Source: Bacilli bacterium (GTDB lineage: Bacteria; Bacillota_I; Bacilli_A; RFN20; CAG-826). Taken from it: a stretch of 45,628 bases of DNA. The position numbers and the translations under genes were made by a program. Position 1 is the stretch's first letter; every line of letters starts with the position of its first letter. Below the pieces are notes generated by a model. It had not been told where the DNA came from. It made no database searches and was given only the letters and a program-made list of their open reading frames with translations. This document shows positions 42,590 to 45,628 of the stretch, piece after piece. The stretch is taken from positions 1 to 45,628 of the forward strand of contig JAILRR010000056.1 in the NCBI GenBank assembly GCA_024698065.1, given 5' to 3'.

Positions 42590-43036
42590 CTATTGCTTTT
42601 CTTTCCAGTGTTTGAGGTTTGGGAGCATTCCCTTCATGTATGATCTGGCCTGCTCTTCTTCAAAACCTTGGGCAACCATGTGCGGAAGACATGTGTTGAT
42701 GAGATCATCCATATTGTCATAGGTGAACTTCTCATCGTGATAGCACCACTGACAATAATCTTCATTGAAGGAACCGTCTTTCTCTTTGCTCATCATCGAA
42801 TCCTGAAGTGGCATCCCACAACACTGACACACTAATTGTCTAGGAGAACCGAGCAACGTGTTGATTGAGACGTCGAAGAGTTTGGATAAGAGTTTCAATG
42901 TTTCTGTATTTGGCGTGGTTTCACCAGTTTCCCATCTAGATACGGCTTGTCTAGTGACCATCACTTTCGTAGCAAGCTCTTCTTGGGACAGATTGTTCTT
43001 TGTTCTTAGTTCTACGAGTATATCTTTTGTTTCCAT
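42590..43036 (-). CDS. XRE-family HTH transcriptional regulator with a C-terminal zinc-ribbon domain
   Basis: 148 aa. HTH LSQEELATKVMVTRQAVSRWETGETTP, then CQCCG...YCQWCY (a Cys4 ribbon). Confidence 0.85.
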   Translation of the reverse strand: METKDILVELRTKNNLSQEELATKVMVTRQAVSRWETGETTPNTETLKLLSKLFDVSINTLLGSPRQLVCQCCGMPLQDSMMSKEKDGSFNEDYCQWCYHDEKFTYDNMDDLINTCLPHMVAQGFEEEQARSYMKGMLPNLKHWKEKQ

Positions 43037-43097
43037 TTCGTTTACCTCCCCTACATTTTAGGGTAGCCAGTTTTCTTATCAAGCAACCGGTTGTTGC

Positions 43098-43132
43098 TAA
43101 AAGAAAAAAGGACTGACGATCATATCAGTCCT
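43098..43132 (-). terminator. Rho-independent terminator after the hydrolase gene
   Basis: Minus strand 8-bp stem AGGACTGA/TCAGTCCT, followed by TTTTTTCTTTT. Confidence 0.8.
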
Positions 43133-43199
43133 AAATTTTCGATTGGCATGAATTTCCAATGGAACAAATCAGAAACTCATGGAACATCCTAACTAATCG

Positions 43200-44165
43200 T
43201 TAGTTATTCTTTTTTATAAATTCTTCAATTTGACCAAACGGAATCTTATCGTGATTAGACCCACCATCGTATAAATCACAGTGAGTGGCATCTTTTACTA
43301 ATAAGAATTCTTTATTATCGCCTTTTAATAATTTAAAGGCATCTTGACCAAAATATAATGAATGGGCTTTTTCACCATGGACAACCAAGACTGCGCTTCT
43401 AATTTCAGAAGCATATGTGAGTAGCCTTGTATTTAATAATGATGTACTAGCAGTGACGTTCCACCCACCGTTGCTATTAAGACTACGAGGATGATAGCCA
43501 CGTGGGGTTTTATAGTAATCGTAATATTGTTTCACGAACCATGGAGCGTCAGTTGGATCATCAACGACTCCGCCGCCTAATTTGTAGCTGCCATTCTTAA
43601 AGTCGATTGTTCTTTGATTGTTGATAGCTACCCTAGCTTGGTATCTACTTTCTTCATTATTTCCTTCATCGTAATAGCCATTGCCAGTCACCCTCGACAT
43701 ATCGTACATGGTTATCGCGACTGTGGCTTTGATTCTTGTATCAATGCAGGCGGTTTGGATAGCCATTCCACCCCAGCCACAGATACCGATGATCGAGATT
43801 TTGTTAGGATCCACATTATCCAAATTCGACAAATAATCGACTGCCGCTTGGAAATCCTCGACATTGATGTCGGGGGAATTCATGTATCGAGGTTCGCCAC
43901 CGCTTTCGCCGGTGAAGGATGGGTCGAAAGCGATGGTTAAGAATCCTCTTTTAGCCATCTCTTGAGCGTATAAACCACTTGATTGTTCTTTAACCGCACC
44001 AAAAGGACCAGAAACAGCGATTGCAGGAAAAATGTTTCCTATTTTTGGCCAATACATGTCCGCGGCAAGTTCGATGCCGAAATGGTTTTTGAATGTGACT
44101 TTTTTGTGATTTACTGTTTCGTCACAAGGGAAAACCTTATCCCATTCATTAGTTAGATTTAACAT
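43200..44165 (-). CDS. Alpha/beta hydrolase (dienelactone-hydrolase-like, possible Cys nucleophile)
   Basis: 321 aa. PAIAVSGPFGAVKEQ...AFDPSFTGESGGEPR and IIGICGWGGMA lie in the nucleophile-elbow region; the His-containing C-terminus is DATHCDLYD. Confidence 0.75.
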   Translation of the reverse strand: MLNLTNEWDKVFPCDETVNHKKVTFKNHFGIELAADMYWPKIGNIFPAIAVSGPFGAVKEQSSGLYAQEMAKRGFLTIAFDPSFTGESGGEPRYMNSPDINVEDFQAAVDYLSNLDNVDPNKISIIGICGWGGMAIQTACIDTRIKATVAITMYDMSRVTGNGYYDEGNNEESRYQARVAINNQRTIDFKNGSYKLGGGVVDDPTDAPWFVKQYYDYYKTPRGYHPRSLNSNGGWNVTASTSLLNTRLLTYASEIRSAVLVVHGEKAHSLYFGQDAFKLLKGDNKEFLLVKDATHCDLYDGGSNHDKIPFGQIEEFIKKNN

Positions 44166-44176
44166 TGTTCTTCCTC

Positions 44177-45097
44177 CTATTTGATGATTAAAGAAACGCT
44201 TTCCTTATTTAATAAAGCGTTCAATTCGTTGTCGCTTAAATCGATATGGCCAAGCTTTGTGTATTCCCAGGTATTGCTACCATAGAAAATGACGATTTGG
44301 TTTGATGAATATAAAACGATATCGCCTGGCGAAGTGGTCATGTTTTTGTCGTTGCTTGTGATTGAGCGACCAATTGAACCAACTTGCTCAAAGCCACCAT
44401 ACCGATGCATCTCAATCGACAAAGGGCAAAGGTCTTTTATCGCTTTTGAGGAAGCGTTTTCTTCCCAAGCCACTTCCAGCTCTTTTTCGTCGATCGATAG
44501 TTTCATATCCTTTTTCTCCGCAAAACAGTTGTCCAGCCATTTCCCAACCTCTTCTTTTGAAGTACCGGCAGCGAAACGTTTTCCTTCTAACCAATTGGCT
44601 TTTGGCGCGCTTTTGGCAAGATTAGTCGCGCTAGTTCCGATTGGGGAACTGCCTGAAGTGCAAAATGGAACGATGATTTTATTTGAGAAATCGTATGATT
44701 CCACGAATGTGTACAGGATCTTAGGAGCTTGGCCCCACCAGATAGGATAACCAAGGACGATGGTGTCATATTGCGAGATGTCGCTTATGGTGTTTTTGAT
44801 CGATGGTCTCGCTTTGTCGTCATTCTGTTCGCTATTGGCGCGGCAATCGGAATTGTAATCAATGTCCGCGGAAGTGTATTCCACTTCTGGAACGATTTCA
44901 AAAATGTCGCTTTGCAAATGCTCTTGAGCGTATAAGGCAAGCTTCTCAGTGTTATTCGTAACGGAGAAATAGGCCACCAAAACGTTGCCTTTTTCTAGGG
45001 CTATTGTTTTGTCGACGGAGCTTTGTGAGCCAGCGTTATCGACGGAACAGCCTTCAAGGATGAAGGTTGGCAAAAGAAACGCTAATGACTTCTTCAT
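44177..45097 (-). CDS. Flavodoxin-domain / cyclophilin-like-domain fusion protein with a lipoprotein-type signal
   Basis: 306 aa counted from the ATG at 45097, with RBS GGGAGGTAGG. The signal MKKSLAFLLPTFILEGC has an atypical E at position -2. Flavodoxin block: LVAYFSVTNNTE...YDTIVLGYPIWWGQAP...PFCTSGSS. The C-terminal roughly 110 aa look cyclophilin-like (GDIVLYSSNQIVIFYG). Confidence 0.75.
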   Translation of the reverse strand: MKKSLAFLLPTFILEGCSVDNAGSQSSVDKTIALEKGNVLVAYFSVTNNTEKLALYAQEHLQSDIFEIVPEVEYTSADIDYNSDCRANSEQNDDKARPSIKNTISDISQYDTIVLGYPIWWGQAPKILYTFVESYDFSNKIIVPFCTSGSSPIGTSATNLAKSAPKANWLEGKRFAAGTSKEEVGKWLDNCFAEKKDMKLSIDEKELEVAWEENASSKAIKDLCPLSIEMHRYGGFEQVGSIGRSITSNDKNMTTSPGDIVLYSSNQIVIFYGSNTWEYTKLGHIDLSDNELNALLNKESVSLIIK

Positions 45098-45129
45098 CTT
45101 CCTACCTCCCGATATACTTCTCGTCTTTG

Positions 45130-45570
45130 TCATCTTCTAAATTTATTTGGCAATTCATCAACATCCAAAGTGGCTTCCGGATTAGGCCAATCCTTCACCG
45201 CTTCTTCCGTTCCTGCTTCAAGGGCTTTTTCGTAATATGCTTTCTTGAAATCGATCTGCTTTTTGTAATACTTAAGCTCTTTGATTTGCTTTTCTATGCT
45301 CTCTTCCTGTTCCAAGATGAGGTCATATCTTTCTTTAAGCGTTTCGTCGCCTTTAAGGGCCAAATCAACATATTCTTTGATCTTTTTGATCGGCATGTTG
45401 AGGTTCTTTAGGCAATTGAGCATTCGTAGCCAAGGGAAGTCTTTGTCCTCAAAAACACGGATGCCGTTCACTCTTTTTACCAAGGGAAAGAGCCCTTCTT
45501 TGTCGTAGTATCTAATCGTATATGTGGAGACATTAAGCATCTTGGCCACTTCCGATATGGAATAACTCAT
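45130..45570 (-). CDS. MerR-family transcriptional regulator
   Basis: 146 aa counted from the ATG at 45570, which lies 6 nt after GAGGTG. HTH YSISEVAKMLNVSTYTIRYYDKEGL, then a coiled-coil dimerisation helix. Confidence 0.85.
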   Translation of the reverse strand: MSYSISEVAKMLNVSTYTIRYYDKEGLFPLVKRVNGIRVFEDKDFPWLRMLNCLKNLNMPIKKIKEYVDLALKGDETLKERYDLILEQEESIEKQIKELKYYKKQIDFKKAYYEKALEAGTEEAVKDWPNPEATLDVDELPNKFRR

Positions 45571-45590
45571 ATTCATCACCTCGTATTTAT

Positions 45591-45621
45591 ATTCTAAAAG
45601 TTAGAGTTAACTCTAAGGCAA
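45591..45621 (-). promoter_or_regulatory. MerR-type promoter with a 19-bp spacer and a 16-bp perfect palindromic operator
   Basis: On the minus strand: TTGCCT (45616..45621), a 19-nt spacer, then TAGAAT (45591..45596). The spacer contains the perfect palindrome TTAGAGTTAACTCTAA (45601..45616). Confidence 0.6.
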
Positions 45622-45628
45622 GCACAAA

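Noticed and set aside
43083-43092. 10-bp palindrome CAACCGGTTG about 50 nt upstream of the XRE regulator gene, as a possible operator.
   Set aside because: It is short enough to occur by chance, and it also forms part of a weak hairpin next to the hydrolase terminator. I noted it but did not call it.
1-45628. Possibility of Mycoplasma-type genetic code 4 (TGA read as Trp), given the Mollicutes-like lipoprotein richness.
   Set aside because: TGA terminates several well-supported genes, for example at the ATGA junctions 2618-2621, 9645-9648 and 14425-14428. Long ORFs are uninterrupted under the standard code.

Overview
The window is 45.6 kb of chromosome from a low-GC monoderm bacterium (Bacillota or Mycoplasmatota-like). 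It uses the standard genetic code: TGA acts as a stop in several ATGA gene overlaps, and GGAGG-type ribosome binding sites (RBS) are common. Many predicted surface proteins carry lipoprotein signal peptides. No CRISPR array, transposase, integrase or rRNA gene is visible. From left to right the window contains:

- tRNA-Asn and tRNA-Glu.
- Two flavodoxin-fold genes.
- A LuxE/LuxC-type acyl-protein synthetase and acyl-CoA reductase pair, with no luciferase genes.
- Two lipoproteins.
- An ArsB/NhaD-type permease.
- An orphan acyl carrier protein.
- A tightly coupled 8-gene Tad/Epd-like pilus operon. It includes a 59-aa pilin-like ORF that falls below the cutoff of the supplied ORF track.
- A guanylate-kinase-like gene.
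- Two tandem CNNM/CorC genes.
- A repeat-rich acidic membrane protein.
- A lipid-scavenging cluster: DagK-like kinase, FakA/YloV-like DAK2 protein and a DegV protein.
- An Arch_ATPase-like AAA ATPase coupled to a LOG-family gene.
- A glycosylation-type cluster: FAD oxidoreductase, GtrA and GT-C-like membrane proteins.
- serC and serA, apparently co-transcribed with a TIM-barrel isomerase and a 644-aa membrane protein.
- More lipoproteins, a LURP-one-like protein and a GH10 xylanase lipoprotein.
- A PlsC-like acyltransferase.
- An ECF sigma factor translationally coupled to a membrane-anchored serpin-fold protein.
- A frameshifted acetyltransferase and an XRE/zinc-ribbon regulator.
- A MerR-controlled operon with a flavodoxin/cyclophilin-like protein and a hydrolase.

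The most unusual candidates are the sigma/serpin pair, the pilus operon with an archaeal-style pilin signal, and the ATPase+LOG pair. All functional calls rest on motif recognition by eye; no database search was run.
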